NCBI GenBank assembly: GCA_902525075.1
Contig: CABZFV010000003.1
Location: forward strand, 23,055-87,054
Length of the DNA: 64,000 nucleotides
DNA from: an uncultured Prochlorococcus sp.
Lineage (GTDB): Bacteria; Cyanobacteriota; Cyanobacteriia; PCC-6307; Cyanobiaceae
Reading direction: 5' to 3'
Shown here: positions 51,185 to 62,755 of the stretch, one piece after another
Position numbering within the stretch: the first letter of the stretch is position 1
Layout: every line of letters begins with the position of its first letter
Position numbers and translations under genes: made by a program
Notes under the pieces: model-generated
Databases searched by the model: none
What the model was told of the DNA's origin: nothing
The model's input: the letters and a program-made list of their open reading frames with translations, nothing else

Positions 51185-52255
51185 ATGACGCTGAATTTAA
51201 GTAAAAAAAACTTATTTAGTTTCTTGTTCTATGAATTTGCTCTAGTTTTACTTATACTTTTAACAAAAGAATGCCTTGATGATAAGAATTATAGACTATT
51301 TTTAGAATTGTCATCTTTAGAAAGAATCACATATAATCCTATAACTATTGTTTATTTTATTTTCAGCAATTTTTTCTCAAACACTTATGTCGCTCTGACA
51401 TTTATATCAATATCTATTGGTTCATTATATAATTTTTCTATTCTCTTATTTTCACAAAAATTTAGAACTGATTTTTATAAATTATCTTTTCTTTATTTAA
51501 TTCCTCTGTTTTTATCTCCGGTTCTAATTCATTTCTACGCATGCGCAATTAAACAAGGTTTAGCTACTGTTCTTTTGTCTTCAAGTTTTTTACTGTTTTT
51601 CTCTTTAGATAAAAAATCAAAAAATAAATATATTTCATATTTAATAATTATTTTTTTACTATTATTTTCTGTTGTTACGCATTGGTCTAGCACTTTATTA
51701 ATAATATTTTGGATCTTTTCTTTTTTTATACTAAAAAATTTAGTGTTTTTAAAAAATTTGTTATTACAAAATGGTTCATTAAAAAGATTAATTATAAAAA
51801 TAAAAACAAATTATAGAATTTCTGAACTTTTTTTATATTTGTTAGTTTTTTTAATACCTCTTGTTGTTTCCGCTATTTTTATTGATCAACAATTTGAGAT
51901 ACAAACAAAATTTTTAAGATACTTAATTGGAGAAGAGTCTATAAATCAAAATTATGGAACGAGATACCCTTTTTTATCGATACCACCATCTCTTTTTGCG
52001 TTTTTAAAAATAAGTAAATCAAACAATTCAATATTAAAAACATTATCTTTTTCTTCTGTATTATCAGGAATTATTGGTTACCTTTTTATAAAAGGTCCTT
52101 TTGTAAGAATTGTTATAGCTAATTCCTTTTTTAGTTTTTTAGCTCTAGGTATCTCAATGATCCTTGATAAAAGAAAATTTAAAAATGAATTCATATTATT
52201 TTCAATTTTAAATGTTCCCTCAATAATTTATACTTTTAAAAATCTTAATTTTTAA
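51185..52255 (+). CDS. EpsG/Wzy-like polysaccharide polymerase candidate
   Basis: Polytopic; D..NY, IKQGLA, HWSS. Confidence 0.65.
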   Translation: MTLNLSKKNLFSFLFYEFALVLLILLTKECLDDKNYRLFLELSSLERITYNPITIVYFIFSNFFSNTYVALTFISISIGSLYNFSILLFSQKFRTDFYKLSFLYLIPLFLSPVLIHFYACAIKQGLATVLLSSSFLLFFSLDKKSKNKYISYLIIIFLLLFSVVTHWSSTLLIIFWIFSFFILKNLVFLKNLLLQNGSLKRLIIKIKTNYRISELFLYLLVFLIPLVVSAIFIDQQFEIQTKFLRYLIGEESINQNYGTRYPFLSIPPSLFAFLKISKSNNSILKTLSFSSVLSGIIGYLFIKGPFVRIVIANSFFSFLALGISMILDKRKFKNEFILFSILNVPSIIYTFKNLNF

Positions 52256-52428
52256 AATAAAAGAAAATATCTTAGTAAAAAAATTTTTTAAAAATTTGAA
52301 ATAACAGTTACTGGAAATAATTTCAAATTTGTTTCTTATCCGAATGACTCAAAATATAAATTTTCGGAAAATTCAGTAGAGAAATCAAATATCATATATG
52401 AAAATCTTAAAGTTTTTAGTATAAAATT

Positions 52429-52668
52429 TTAGTAAAGTAAACTTTTAATATAAGGCCCTATCCTATTTGAAAAGTGTTTAGAGCCAATTTTTGTTATGTG
52501 TAAATGATCAGCAAAGATTAATTTATTATTAGAAAAATTCTCAAAAAGGTTTTCAGCCCCAAAGAATTATTGAATTATCATTTTCAAAATTTTTTTATAT
52601 AAATCTATTTCTTTTGGATAATTATCATTTGAATACCATTTTTTATTAGGATTTATTTTGAACTGCAT
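52429..52668 (-). pseudogene. Remnant of an SGNH/GDSL-type hydrolase or acyltransferase C-terminus
   Basis: Hand translation MQFK...IIQ*FFGAENLF...IFADHLHITKIGSKHFS...LLY*; DxxH block-V motif and an in-frame stop. Confidence 0.5.
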
Positions 52669-52748
52669 TAATCAAATTATTTACTCGAGGTTATATTAGT
52701 ACTATTTATTAATAAATAAAAAAATAACCAAAAAAAAGATAAATAAAA

Positions 52749-54041
52749 TTATTTGTTAAGTATTGGTATAGAACCTTTACCTGATAAAACCATCTTAATT
52801 GTCTTGACGAAAATTAAAAGATCTAAAAAATTAGAATAATTTCTTAAATAATAGAGATCATAACTCAATTTCATTTCTGCATCTTTAACAGAAGCCCCGT
52901 AGGGATAATTAACCTGGGCCCATCCGCTTAGACCTGGCTTTAGGTAATATCTTTTTCGGTAGTGATTAATTTTTTTTTCTAATTTATTATCTATCTGAGG
53001 CCTCTCAGGTCTTGGACCAATTAATGCCATTTCTCCTTTCAAAACTGAAATTAATTGAGGTAATTCATCTATTCTTAATTTTCTGAGAATACGTCCGACT
53101 TTAGTTATTCTTGAATCATTTTTAGAGATCCATTGAGGACCATTTTTTTCCGATTCAATCTTTAAAGTTCTTAATTTTTGAATTTTGATTATTTTATTAA
53201 GATAACCTGTTCTATTTTGAGAATAAAAAATTTCACCTTTATCCTCTAAATAAATTGCTAAAGCAGCAATTAAAACAATTGGAGAAGTTAATATTATCAA
53301 CATCAAAGAAATAATGAATTCACTTAATCTTTTAAGCCTAAATTGATAGTTACTATAATCAATAAAAAAAATGTTATTGAAGAATTCTTCTTTAAATAAA
53401 GCTAAAGGGTATCTTTGCAAATATTTTTCAATCCACTTAGAGAGCAAGATAGGTTTTAATTTTTTGGTAAAATATATATTATTGAGAAGCTCAATATCAT
53501 TATCTTCTAATATTATCTTTCTTGAATTAATTAAATCTTTTTTAAAATTCATTTTATTAATAAAAATTAAATTTATATTTTTATTAGAAAATTTTAATTC
53601 TTCTTTAAGAATCTCAATTGTTTTAGGATCACCTATAAAGTTAAATGGTTTATCTGTTTTAGTATTTTTAAAAATTAAATTAAAAAAAATAATTAAAATA
53701 AAACTAAAAAAGTTTATTTTTAATAAGTTATCGTAATTTGAATATCTGAAAAAAAATATTCCATTAAAAGGAATTAATAATAGATAATTAAAAAAACTTA
53801 TATTTATAAAATTAAATAAACTTTTTATTATATATTTATATGAACTGTAATCTTTAAGTGTGTATTTACCGATAACATAATTTCCAAATATCCAGAAAAT
53901 GTAAATGAATAAATTTGAAAAAAGGATTAGTTCTGAAGAAGAAGGAATAAATATTTTTAAAGAAAAAAATATAACTGTATCTAAAGTCAAGAAGATTAAT
54001 AAATTTGTTCTGCTTCTTAACCAAATAAATTCATTTTTCAT
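52749..54041 (-). CDS. Priming phosphoglycosyltransferase (WcaJ/WbaP-like)
   Basis: KR..E, D.RIT.VG, DELPQL, GPRPE, PGLSGWAQV, YDLYY. Confidence 0.9.
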   Translation of the reverse strand: MKNEFIWLRSRTNLLIFLTLDTVIFFSLKIFIPSSSELILFSNLFIYIFWIFGNYVIGKYTLKDYSSYKYIIKSLFNFINISFFNYLLLIPFNGIFFFRYSNYDNLLKINFFSFILIIFFNLIFKNTKTDKPFNFIGDPKTIEILKEELKFSNKNINLIFINKMNFKKDLINSRKIILEDNDIELLNNIYFTKKLKPILLSKWIEKYLQRYPLALFKEEFFNNIFFIDYSNYQFRLKRLSEFIISLMLIILTSPIVLIAALAIYLEDKGEIFYSQNRTGYLNKIIKIQKLRTLKIESEKNGPQWISKNDSRITKVGRILRKLRIDELPQLISVLKGEMALIGPRPERPQIDNKLEKKINHYRKRYYLKPGLSGWAQVNYPYGASVKDAEMKLSYDLYYLRNYSNFLDLLIFVKTIKMVLSGKGSIPILNK

Positions 54042-55158
54042 TTGCTTTTAAGCGTCCTAATCTTTCTTCAGTAAAACCAGATTTTTGTTTTATTTTATTT
54101 AACCATTCTATGTTATCCAGGTACCATCTTATAGTTCTGTCCAAACCTTTAGAAAAAGAATGTTTTGGATGCCAACCAAGTTCTTTTTTTATTAAAGAAT
54201 AATTGATTTCATACCTCAAATCATGGCCTGGTCTATCTTCCACAAAAATTATTTGTTTTTTGTAAGAATTGTTCTTAGGTCTTAATTTATCTAATTTTTT
54301 GCATATTAATTCACAAAGCTTAAGATTATTAATTTGAGTCCCACTGCCAATACAATATGATTTACCTGTCTTAGCTTTTCCCGCCATTAATAAAAGGGCA
54401 TCAATATGATCCTCTACAAACAACCAATCCCTTATATTTTGACCATTACCATAAATAGGTATATTTTTATCTTGTAGACCAAGATTAATAATATTTGGGA
54501 TTAATTTTTCTGGGAATTGCCATGGCCCATAATTATTACTGCAATTCGATATTAATATTGGTAAATCATATGTTTTATGCCAAGCATTAACTAAGTGGTC
54601 GCTAGAAGCTTTGCTTGCCGAGTACGGACTACTAGGATCGTATTGACTATTTTCGTTAAATGGCGATGAATTTTTTGTTAAAGAACCGAAAACTTCATCA
54701 GTACTTATATGATGAAATTTAAAATTATTTTTTTTCTTTGAGCTGAGAACTTGATAATAATTTTTTGCAGATTCTAGGAGATTATATGTACCAATAATAT
54801 TACTATTTATAAATGAAATAGGATCATTAATAGAACGATCAACATGACTCTCTGCTGCAAAATGATAGATATAATCTGGTTTTGTCTCACTTATTATTCG
54901 TGAAACTAAATCTTTGTTATACAAGTCGCATTCAAATAATTGATATCTTTCTTTTGCATCTTCATTTAATTTTTTTAAAATATTTTTTATTGAGCTTGAG
55001 TCGCTAGCATAAGTTAATTTATCAATATTAACAATTTTAGACTCACTAAATTCAATTAATCTTCTAATAAGAGCACTTCCTATAAAGCCACACCCTCCAG
55101 TTACAAGGATGCATTTATCTTTTGAAAAGAATTTATATTTTGAAATAAGTTTACCCAT
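54031..55158 (-). CDS. rfbB: dTDP-glucose 4,6-dehydratase
   Basis: GGCGFIG, AAESHVDRS, STDEVFG, YSASK. Confidence 0.95.
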   Translation of the reverse strand: MGKLISKYKFFSKDKCILVTGGCGFIGSALIRRLIEFSESKIVNIDKLTYASDSSSIKNILKKLNEDAKERYQLFECDLYNKDLVSRIISETKPDYIYHFAAESHVDRSINDPISFINSNIIGTYNLLESAKNYYQVLSSKKKNNFKFHHISTDEVFGSLTKNSSPFNENSQYDPSSPYSASKASSDHLVNAWHKTYDLPILISNCSNNYGPWQFPEKLIPNIINLGLQDKNIPIYGNGQNIRDWLFVEDHIDALLLMAGKAKTGKSYCIGSGTQINNLKLCELICKKLDKLRPKNNSYKKQIIFVEDRPGHDLRYEINYSLIKKELGWHPKHSFSKGLDRTIRWYLDNIEWLNKIKQKSGFTEERLGRLKANEK

Positions 55159-55161
55159 TCA

Positions 55162-56067
55162 TCATAGTTTATTTTGTTTTATTTCTTTAATTAATTCCTC
55201 TAGTGTAAATCTCCAATTAGGAGGTTTTAAATCCAATAATCTTTTACTCAATTCACAATCTAGAAGAGAGAAAAGTGGTCTTTCAACTTTAGAAGGATAG
55301 TCAATAGTTTTAATAGGATTTATTTTGGCTTTTTTACTTATCAATTTGTATCTCAATCCAATTTCTCCTATTGCCTCTGCGATATCATACCAACTCGAAA
55401 CTCCTGCTTCACAGTAGTGCAAAATGGGAACTTTTTTATTATTTATATCTAATAGTCTTGATTTATTTTTTATTATTTTCCAGCAAACGTTAGCTAAATT
55501 AGTTGTACTCGTAATGCATCCAATTTGATCCATTACAACATTGATATTAGTTTTTGTTTGATGTAATTCCAACATTTTAATTAAGAAGTTTTTCCCATAA
55601 GGACCAATTAACCAACTTGTTCTTAAAATTATACCCTGGTTCAATCCTCCTAAAATTTGATTTATATATTTTTCCGCTTTTGCTTTTGATTTGCCGTAAA
55701 TTCCTAAAGGGCTCAATTTATCATATGGTTTATATGATTTTCCTTTCTTACCATCAAAAACAAAATCAGAACTTATATGAAGCAAATTTCCCTTCGATGA
55801 CTTTAATGTATCAGAGATTGTTTTAACACTTTCTGAATTAATTTTCATCACTAAATCTGGATTTTCTTCTGCTTTTTCAACATTTGTGAATGCTGCACAA
55901 TTAATTACCCAGTCAGGTCTAGTTTCTCTAATAATTTTTTTTATTTTATTTTTATCAATTAGATTTAAATCATTTTTTGTAAGTGCAATTATTTCTATAT
56001 TGGAAGGCTTTGATTTGACTATCGCTTTCGCTAATTGCCCATCTGCACCAGTAATTAAAATTTTCAA
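55162..56067 (-). CDS. rfbD: dTDP-4-dehydrorhamnose reductase
   Basis: GADGQL, SSDFVFDG, YGKSK, LRTSW. Confidence 0.93.
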   Translation of the reverse strand: MKILITGADGQLAKAIVKSKPSNIEIIALTKNDLNLIDKNKIKKIIRETRPDWVINCAAFTNVEKAEENPDLVMKINSESVKTISDTLKSSKGNLLHISSDFVFDGKKGKSYKPYDKLSPLGIYGKSKAKAEKYINQILGGLNQGIILRTSWLIGPYGKNFLIKMLELHQTKTNINVVMDQIGCITSTTNLANVCWKIIKNKSRLLDINNKKVPILHYCEAGVSSWYDIAEAIGEIGLRYKLISKKAKINPIKTIDYPSKVERPLFSLLDCELSKRLLDLKPPNWRFTLEELIKEIKQNKL

Positions 56068-56654
56068 TCGAAAATATCTCCATTTTTTTCTGCTTCTTTA
56101 AAAGTTAAAGCTTTTAGATCTTTATCATTTAAAAGTGTCTTTTTAATTTTAAATTCATCTAGTTTCCAGTTAATATTAACATCTAAATCATTCCAAGCGA
56201 TAGACCTTTCACAACTACTGTCCCAAAAGTCTGTTGTTTTATAATTCAATATTGAATTATCAGTTAATGACAAAAATCCATGCGCAAAGCCAACTGGTAT
56301 CCATATTTGTTGCATTTTAAAATCATTTAAAACAATGCTCGCATATTCACCATAAGTATTTGACGATATTCGAAGGTCAATAATTACATCAAGTATTTCC
56401 CCATTAATACATCTAACAAGTTTACCTTGAGCTTTTGGGATTAATTGATAATGCATGCCTCTAACCACCCCTTTCTTTGATTTAGAGTGATTATCTTGCA
56501 CAAATTCTACAGAATTATCAATAAATTTCTTAAATGAATAGTCATTCCAACTTTCGTAGAAGTAACCTCTTTGGTCATAAAAAATTTTTGGACTTATGAG
56601 AACTAGGCCATCAAGTTCTTTCCCATTTTGTGAAAATATTTTTTCAAATTCCAT
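56064..56654 (-). CDS. rfbC: dTDP-4-dehydrorhamnose 3,5-epimerase
   Basis: DQRGYF, QDNHS.S, RGMHYQ, GFAHGF. Confidence 0.95.
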   Translation of the reverse strand: MEFEKIFSQNGKELDGLVLISPKIFYDQRGYFYESWNDYSFKKFIDNSVEFVQDNHSKSKKGVVRGMHYQLIPKAQGKLVRCINGEILDVIIDLRISSNTYGEYASIVLNDFKMQQIWIPVGFAHGFLSLTDNSILNYKTTDFWDSSCERSIAWNDLDVNINWKLDEFKIKKTLLNDKDLKALTFKEAEKNGDIFD

Positions 56655-56664
56655 AAATTATTTA

Positions 56665-57543
56665 TTATTTGGATTTAAGTAATTCAATTAAATACTTTCC
56701 ATATCCACTTTTGCAAAGTTTACTCGCTTCTAATTCGAGATCATTATCGCTAATCCATCCTCTTGTCCATGCTATTTCCTCAGGACAACCAACTTTAAAA
56801 CCTTGCCTTTTTTCAATAGTTCTAATATATCCAGATGCTTCAAATAAGGAATCATGATTTCCAGTATCTAACCAAGCTATACCTCTTCCCATAGTTTCCA
56901 CATTCAATAAACCATTTTCAAGATAAATCATATTTAAATCTGTAATTTCTAATTCACCTCTTTTAGATGGTTTTATTTGCTTAGCATAATCTATTACTTG
57001 ATTATCATAAAAATATATTCCTGTTACGGCATATCTACTTTTTGGTTTTTCTGGTTTTTCATCTATACCAATAATTTGACCTTTTGCACCAAATTCTATT
57101 ACTCCATATCTTTCCGGATCTCTAACAGGATATGCAAAAATAGTAGCTCCTATCTCTTTCTGCATACTTCTTGAAAAGTGTTCATTTAGATTTTCACCAT
57201 GAAAAAGATTATCGCCAAGTATTAGAGCTACATTAGAGTTTTTTATGAATTTTGATCCAATTATAAATGCTTGAGCTAATCCATCTGGATTGGTTTGTAT
57301 GGCATAAGAAATCTCCATACCCCATTTTTTGCCATCACCAAGTAAATTTTTAAATAAATTTTGATCATGTGGAGTTGTAATTATCAAAATTTCTCTTATC
57401 CCAGCGCTCATCAATGTTGTAAGGGGATAATAAATCATTGGTTTATCGTAAACTGGCAAAATTTGTTTGCTTATAGAGTTTGTTACTGGATATAGACGAG
57501 TTCCTTTTCCACCTGCAAGAATTATTCCTTTCCGAGTATTCAT
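56665..57543 (-). CDS. rfbA: Glucose-1-phosphate thymidylyltransferase
   Basis: GIILAGG.GTRL, YDKPMIYYP, RGELEIT, WLDTG. Confidence 0.97.
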   Translation of the reverse strand: MNTRKGIILAGGKGTRLYPVTNSISKQILPVYDKPMIYYPLTTLMSAGIREILIITTPHDQNLFKNLLGDGKKWGMEISYAIQTNPDGLAQAFIIGSKFIKNSNVALILGDNLFHGENLNEHFSRSMQKEIGATIFAYPVRDPERYGVIEFGAKGQIIGIDEKPEKPKSRYAVTGIYFYDNQVIDYAKQIKPSKRGELEITDLNMIYLENGLLNVETMGRGIAWLDTGNHDSLFEASGYIRTIEKRQGFKVGCPEEIAWTRGWISDNDLELEASKLCKSGYGKYLIELLKSK

Positions 57544-57673
57544 ATAAATTCTCTGAACTAATAATAATAATAAATTGAAAATTAAGTTTAATAAAGTATA
57601 TATATAAATGTTTCTTAAAAAACCTTATAATACTTAGTTGAACTAAAAAACTTTCTTTAAGTTAAAAGTTTTT

Positions 57674-58714
57674 ATGAAGACAATCTTAGTAACTGGAGGA
57701 GCAGGTTTTATTGGTTCTCATACTTGTTTAGTGTTATTAAAGAAAGGATTTAATGTTGTTATTGTTGATTCATTTATAAATAGTTCTAAAAAGGTAATAA
57801 ATAAGATTAAAGAAATTTGTTTTTTAGAAAATATAAAATCTGAAAAAAAAATTAATGTATTTAAATGTGATTTGAGGGATACACTGAAACTTAGAGAAAT
57901 TTTTGCTACTTGTAAAAATGATGGCAATGATATTGAAAGTGTTATTCATTTTGCAGGACTAAAGTCTGTAAATGATTCAATTACTTTCCCTTTTGAGTAT
58001 TGGGATGTTAATGTCTCTGGGACTGTCTCTTTATTAAGAGTGATGAATGAAAATAATTGTAAAACTTTAGTTTTTAGTAGTAGTGCTGCCATCTATAAAG
58101 CTGATAAATTTGAACTATTAAAAGAATGTTCTGATATCATTCCAATTACTCCTTATGGAAATACCAAAGCTTATATTGAAATATTTTTAAAAGATATTTT
58201 CAAAAGTGCAAAAGGTGAATGGAAAATAGCAAATTTAAGATATTTCAATCCTATTGGCTCGCATCATACAGGGTTAATAGGTGAGGATCCAAAACAAAGT
58301 ATGAATAATATTTTCCCTATAATCCTTAAAGTTGCTTCAAAGGAAATTGATAAATTTAAAATATTTGGGAATGATTGGCCTACAGCAGACAAAACTTGTG
58401 TTCGTGATTACATTCATGTTATGGATGTTGCAGAAGGACATTTAAAAACATTAGAGTTTCTCTCTTCCAATAAATCGCAAGTTTTAGATTTAAATCTTGG
58501 AACCTCTAAAGGTACAAGTGTTTTAGAGTTGATTCACACTTTTCAAAAAGTAAATAATATTAAAGTTCCTTACGTTTTTACCTTTAGAAGAGACGGTGAT
58601 AAGCCTTTTGTAGTCGCAAATAATCAATTAGCGAAAAAATTGTTGAAATGGGCTCCAATAAGAACTTTGGAAGATATGTGCAGAGATGGATGGAACTATC
58701 AAAAGAATAATTAA
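57674..58714 (+). CDS. galE: UDP-glucose 4-epimerase
   Basis: GGAGFIGSHT, HFAGLK, YGNTK, LRYFNP, RDYIHV. Confidence 0.92.
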   Translation: MKTILVTGGAGFIGSHTCLVLLKKGFNVVIVDSFINSSKKVINKIKEICFLENIKSEKKINVFKCDLRDTLKLREIFATCKNDGNDIESVIHFAGLKSVNDSITFPFEYWDVNVSGTVSLLRVMNENNCKTLVFSSSAAIYKADKFELLKECSDIIPITPYGNTKAYIEIFLKDIFKSAKGEWKIANLRYFNPIGSHHTGLIGEDPKQSMNNIFPIILKVASKEIDKFKIFGNDWPTADKTCVRDYIHVMDVAEGHLKTLEFLSSNKSQVLDLNLGTSKGTSVLELIHTFQKVNNIKVPYVFTFRRDGDKPFVVANNQLAKKLLKWAPIRTLEDMCRDGWNYQKNN

Positions 58715-58776
58715 AGATAGAACTATCATTAATAGTCTTTATAAATATTCTAAAAGCTAAAATATATTTATCTAAA

Positions 58777-59799
58777 TTAGTCTATTTTAAAATCTTTAAA
58801 ATTATTTTCTTTAAGTTTACTTATTGTTTTTTTTAATCCCTCTTCTAATTTAATTTTTGGAGCCCAGCCTAGTTTTTTAATCCTGTCAATATTTAATAAT
58901 TTTTTAGGCGTTCCATCAGGTTTTGAATGGTCCCAAACGATATTTCCAGAATAGGCAGTTAGTGAAGCTATTTTATTAGCTAAATCGTATATAGATATAT
59001 CTTTACCAGTTCCAACATTTAAATAGCTAAGAGGCAATCCATACTTGTCGCGTGGAGCATTTTCGTCTGAGGGGTCCCAGTTTTCTAAGGCAAATATAAT
59101 TGCATTTGCGAGGTCATCAACATGCATAAATTCTCTTAAAGCCTTCCCAGTACCCCAGCACGTTACTGAACTTTTGGAATTTGAAACGCCCCTTGAGAAT
59201 TTCATTATCAATGAAGCTATGACATGACTTTCAATAGGGTGATAATTATCACCTGGTCCAAAAAGATTTGTTGGCATTAGAGATATAGCGTCAAAACCAT
59301 ATTGCTCCCTTAATGATTGACAAAGTTTTATTCCTGAAATCTTGGCAATCGCATACCATTCGTTAGTCTTCTCAAGTTCTCCCGACATTAAACATTCTTC
59401 TTCTATAGGTTGATTAGCAAACTTTGGGTATATGCAACTGCTTCCTAAAAAGAGAAGCCTTTTTACTCCTGATTTCCATGCGGCATTGATTATGTTTGTT
59501 TGAATTTGCAAATTTTCTAATAAAAAATCTGCAGGCCTTGAAGAATTAGCAATTATCCCTCCAACTCTTGCTGCAGCAATTATTACGATGGTTGGCTTAT
59601 TTTTTTTGAACCATAAATTAATTGCTTGTTCATCTACTAAATTTAACTCATTTCTGCTTGGTGCTAGTATTAGTCCTCCTTTTAGTTCTGATCCATATCC
59701 TTCTTTAATTAAAGCCCTTTGGACGGCGCTACCCACCATACCACTTCCACCAGCTATAAAAATTTTTTCATTTAGGTCAATTTTTTTTTTCTTAATCAT
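58777..59799 (-). CDS. fcl: GDP-L-fucose synthase
   Basis: GMVGSA, VGGI, GSSCIYP, YAIAK, PTNL. Confidence 0.93.
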   Translation of the reverse strand: MIKKKKIDLNEKIFIAGGSGMVGSAVQRALIKEGYGSELKGGLILAPSRNELNLVDEQAINLWFKKNKPTIVIIAAARVGGIIANSSRPADFLLENLQIQTNIINAAWKSGVKRLLFLGSSCIYPKFANQPIEEECLMSGELEKTNEWYAIAKISGIKLCQSLREQYGFDAISLMPTNLFGPGDNYHPIESHVIASLIMKFSRGVSNSKSSVTCWGTGKALREFMHVDDLANAIIFALENWDPSDENAPRDKYGLPLSYLNVGTGKDISIYDLANKIASLTAYSGNIVWDHSKPDGTPKKLLNIDRIKKLGWAPKIKLEEGLKKTISKLKENNFKDFKID

Positions 59800-59819
59800 A
59801 CGAATAATATATTAGATTT

Positions 59820-60938
59820 TTATGAAGGAGGAGATTCATATGAGCTACTAATAATAAAACCTTTTTCCTTAAGAGTTAATTCTTTAAGTGCTTCTTGTTT
59901 GTCGAATGCAACCATTTCTTCTATTAGTTCTTCAAGTGACTTTTTTGGCGACCAACCAAGATTCTTGAAAGCCTTTGATGGATCACCAAGGAGAATATCA
60001 ACCTCTGTTGGACGGAAATAGCGTGAATCTATTCTAATAACAATTTCATCATTATCTGTTCTCCTCCCTACTTCTTCAGTCCCTTTACCTTCCCAATAAA
60101 TTCCAGCATTTGTACTACTTGTATTCCACCCTAATTTTAAAGCAGTTAGTTCTATAAATCTCCTTACTGTCTCTGTTCTTCCTGTGGCAATGATATAGTC
60201 ATCAGGTTTTTCTTGTTGCAGCATTAACCATTGCATATATACATAATCTTTTGCGTGTCCCCAATCTCTTTTTGAGTCTAAATTACCTATATATAAACAT
60301 TTTTCTAGTCCAACATCTATTCGCGAAAGTCCTCTAGTTATTTTTCTCGTAACAAAAGTTTCGCCTCTTCTTGGACTTTCATGATTAAATAAGATTCCAT
60401 TACAAGCAAAAATATCGTACGCCTCGCGATAGTTAACTGTAATCCAATATGCATAAAGTTTAGCCACCCCATATGGACTTCTTGGATAAAAAGGGGTCGT
60501 TTCCTTTTGAGGTATTTCTTGTATTTTTCCAAAAAGTTCACTTGTACTTGCCTGATATATTTTTGTTTTCTTTTCTAATTTAAGAATTCTTACAGCTTCT
60601 AATACTCTTAGAGTGCCTAGAGCATCACAGTTAGCAGTATATTCAGGGCTTTCGAAACTTACTGCAACATGGCTCTGAGCTCCTAGATTATATATTTCAC
60701 TTGGTTGAATATCTTGAATAATTCTTATAAGGTTAGTGCTATCTGTGAGATCTCCATAATGTAGTATGAACTTATTATTTTTTTCATGAGGGTCTTGATA
60801 TAAATGGTCGATTCTTTGAGTGTTAAAACTGCTACTTCTTCTTTTTAATCCATGTACTTCGTAACCTTTTTTTATTAGAATCTCAGATAAATAACTTCCA
60901 TCTTGACCAGTAACTCCAGTAATTAATGCTTTTTTCAT
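59820..60938 (-). CDS. gmd: GDP-mannose 4,6-dehydratase
   Basis: [33 protein letters not shown]. Confidence 0.96.
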   Translation of the reverse strand: MKKALITGVTGQDGSYLSEILIKKGYEVHGLKRRSSSFNTQRIDHLYQDPHEKNNKFILHYGDLTDSTNLIRIIQDIQPSEIYNLGAQSHVAVSFESPEYTANCDALGTLRVLEAVRILKLEKKTKIYQASTSELFGKIQEIPQKETTPFYPRSPYGVAKLYAYWITVNYREAYDIFACNGILFNHESPRRGETFVTRKITRGLSRIDVGLEKCLYIGNLDSKRDWGHAKDYVYMQWLMLQQEKPDDYIIATGRTETVRRFIELTALKLGWNTSSTNAGIYWEGKGTEEVGRRTDNDEIVIRIDSRYFRPTEVDILLGDPSKAFKNLGWSPKKSLEELIEEMVAFDKQEALKELTLKEKGFIISSSYESPPS

Positions 60939-61277
60939 GAAAAAATTATTAACTCTTAAAAATTTTTCTATTTTGTATTTTACATTAAATGAAAACTATA
61001 ATTTAAATATAGGGTAAATCCTTACTTAATTTAAATAAATATTATTCCATATTGGATAGAATTTTATTTTTGCAGTTATTTAAAATTTATTAAAACAAAA
61101 TAAATTTTTCTAATAATTCTAATAGCATATCTAATTTACTTTTAGAAAAAATTTGCATCAAATTAAAATCTACTATTTAAATAAAGAATATTTAAATATG
61201 AAAAAATAATTTTATATTCAATTTTAAAGTTTTCCTTATTTATAGTAAATGATATTCTTATTTTTGAAGCTAAATAT

Positions 61278-62336
61278 GTGATGATAAATTTTGATAATCC
61301 AAAAAACCAAAAAACAATATTAATTACAGGAGCAGCAGGATTTATTGGGGCTGCTTTATCAATAAAATTGATTGATAAAGATTTTAATATTATTGGTATA
61401 GATAATTTAAATAATTATTATAGTGTGGATTTAAAACTAAAACGCTTAAATTTAATTAAAGATAAAAATAATAATAAGAATCTTTGGCATTTTCATGAAT
61501 TTTCTTTAGAGAATGCAAAAGAATTAAACGATTTATTTAATATTTATAATCCTAATATTGTAATTAATTTGGCTGCTCAGGCTGGCGTAAGATATTCTTT
61601 AGAAAATCCTTTGTCTTATGTAAATAGTAATATTTTGGGATTTCTAAACGTCTTAGAGGCTTGTAGAAAATATAAAGTAGAGCATCTTATTTATGCTTCA
61701 AGTAGCTCTGTATATGGAGGAAATAAACAAATGCCCTTTTCTGAGAGAAATTCTGTTGATCATCCTATAAGTTTATATGCGGCAACAAAAAAATCAAATG
61801 AATTAATGGCTCATTCATATAGTCACTTATTTGATATAAATACAACTGGACTAAGGTTTTTTACAGTATACGGTCCATATGGAAGGCCAGATATGGCTCC
61901 TATGATATTTGCTAAAGCAATTTTAGAAAATGAGGAAATTAGGGTTTTTAACAATGGTGATATGTCAAGGGACTTTACTTACATTGATGATGTCATTGAG
62001 ATAATTTATAGGTGTTGTTTGAAGGTCGCAACAAAAAATGATAACTTTAATCATTTTGATCCTGATCCCTCTGAATCTTTCGCACCATATAAAGTATTTA
62101 ATGTAGGTAGTAATAATCCAATTTCATTAATGAATTTTATAGAGATCTTAGAAAATGCATTAGGTAAAAAGGCTCAAAAAATATTCATGCCTATGCAACC
62201 TGGGGATGTACATAATACATTTTCCGATATTAGTAAACTTCAAGACTGGATAAAATATACTCCCCAAACATCTTTCGAAGATGGAATAAAAAGATTCGCA
62301 GAATGGTATAAAAATTATTTTGATTATAGTTCGTAG
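61278..62336 (+). CDS. UDP-glucuronate 4-epimerase family NAD-dependent epimerase
   Basis: GAAGFIG, AAQAGVRYS, YAATK, GRPDMA. Confidence 0.9.
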   Translation: MMINFDNPKNQKTILITGAAGFIGAALSIKLIDKDFNIIGIDNLNNYYSVDLKLKRLNLIKDKNNNKNLWHFHEFSLENAKELNDLFNIYNPNIVINLAAQAGVRYSLENPLSYVNSNILGFLNVLEACRKYKVEHLIYASSSSVYGGNKQMPFSERNSVDHPISLYAATKKSNELMAHSYSHLFDINTTGLRFFTVYGPYGRPDMAPMIFAKAILENEEIRVFNNGDMSRDFTYIDDVIEIIYRCCLKVATKNDNFNHFDPDPSESFAPYKVFNVGSNNPISLMNFIEILENALGKKAQKIFMPMQPGDVHNTFSDISKLQDWIKYTPQTSFEDGIKRFAEWYKNYFDYSS

Positions 62337-62361
62337 AATTTAAATCATAAAAAATTTTTTT

Positions 62362-62725
62362 ATGAAAAACTATAATCAATTTAATTATTTTTTTTAAATT
62401 GGGTTTTTGTAATTTCATGATTAAAAATTTTATAGTGCAAATTTTTTTAATTTTTAGTTAATTAGTTATTGCAACTTTTTTAGGTCAATTAGTTAATCTT
62501 TTTTTAGGATATATATTATTTGGAAGATTTCTATTAAAGGTAAATATTGAAGACATAAGATATATTATAAAATATTTTTTACTTGCTTTTTTTAGTTGGC
62601 AAATAAATAGTTTTTACATAACTTTTTTAATGAATTTTTATAGTTTAGGAAAAAATATAGCGGCATTAATAATGATTATTACATTAGGTTTATTTTCGTA
62701 TAGCTTACAAAAATATTTTTTTTAA
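62362..62725 (+). pseudogene. GtrA-like flippase gene, disrupted
   Basis: Frameshift in the poly-T run near 62388-62395 and TAA at 62459; the remainder reads LVIATFLGQLVN...KNIAAL...SYSLQKYFF, four hydrophobic segments overall. Confidence 0.6.
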
Positions 62726-62755
62726 GACCTAAAAGTTAGAGTTAGTTTCAAATCA

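Noticed and set aside
488-62418. Numerous short ORFs nested in or antisense to long genes (e.g. 488-712, 17221-17541, 53371-53736, 60338-60541)
   Set aside because: Lie wholly or largely within well-supported genes and show no recognisable motifs
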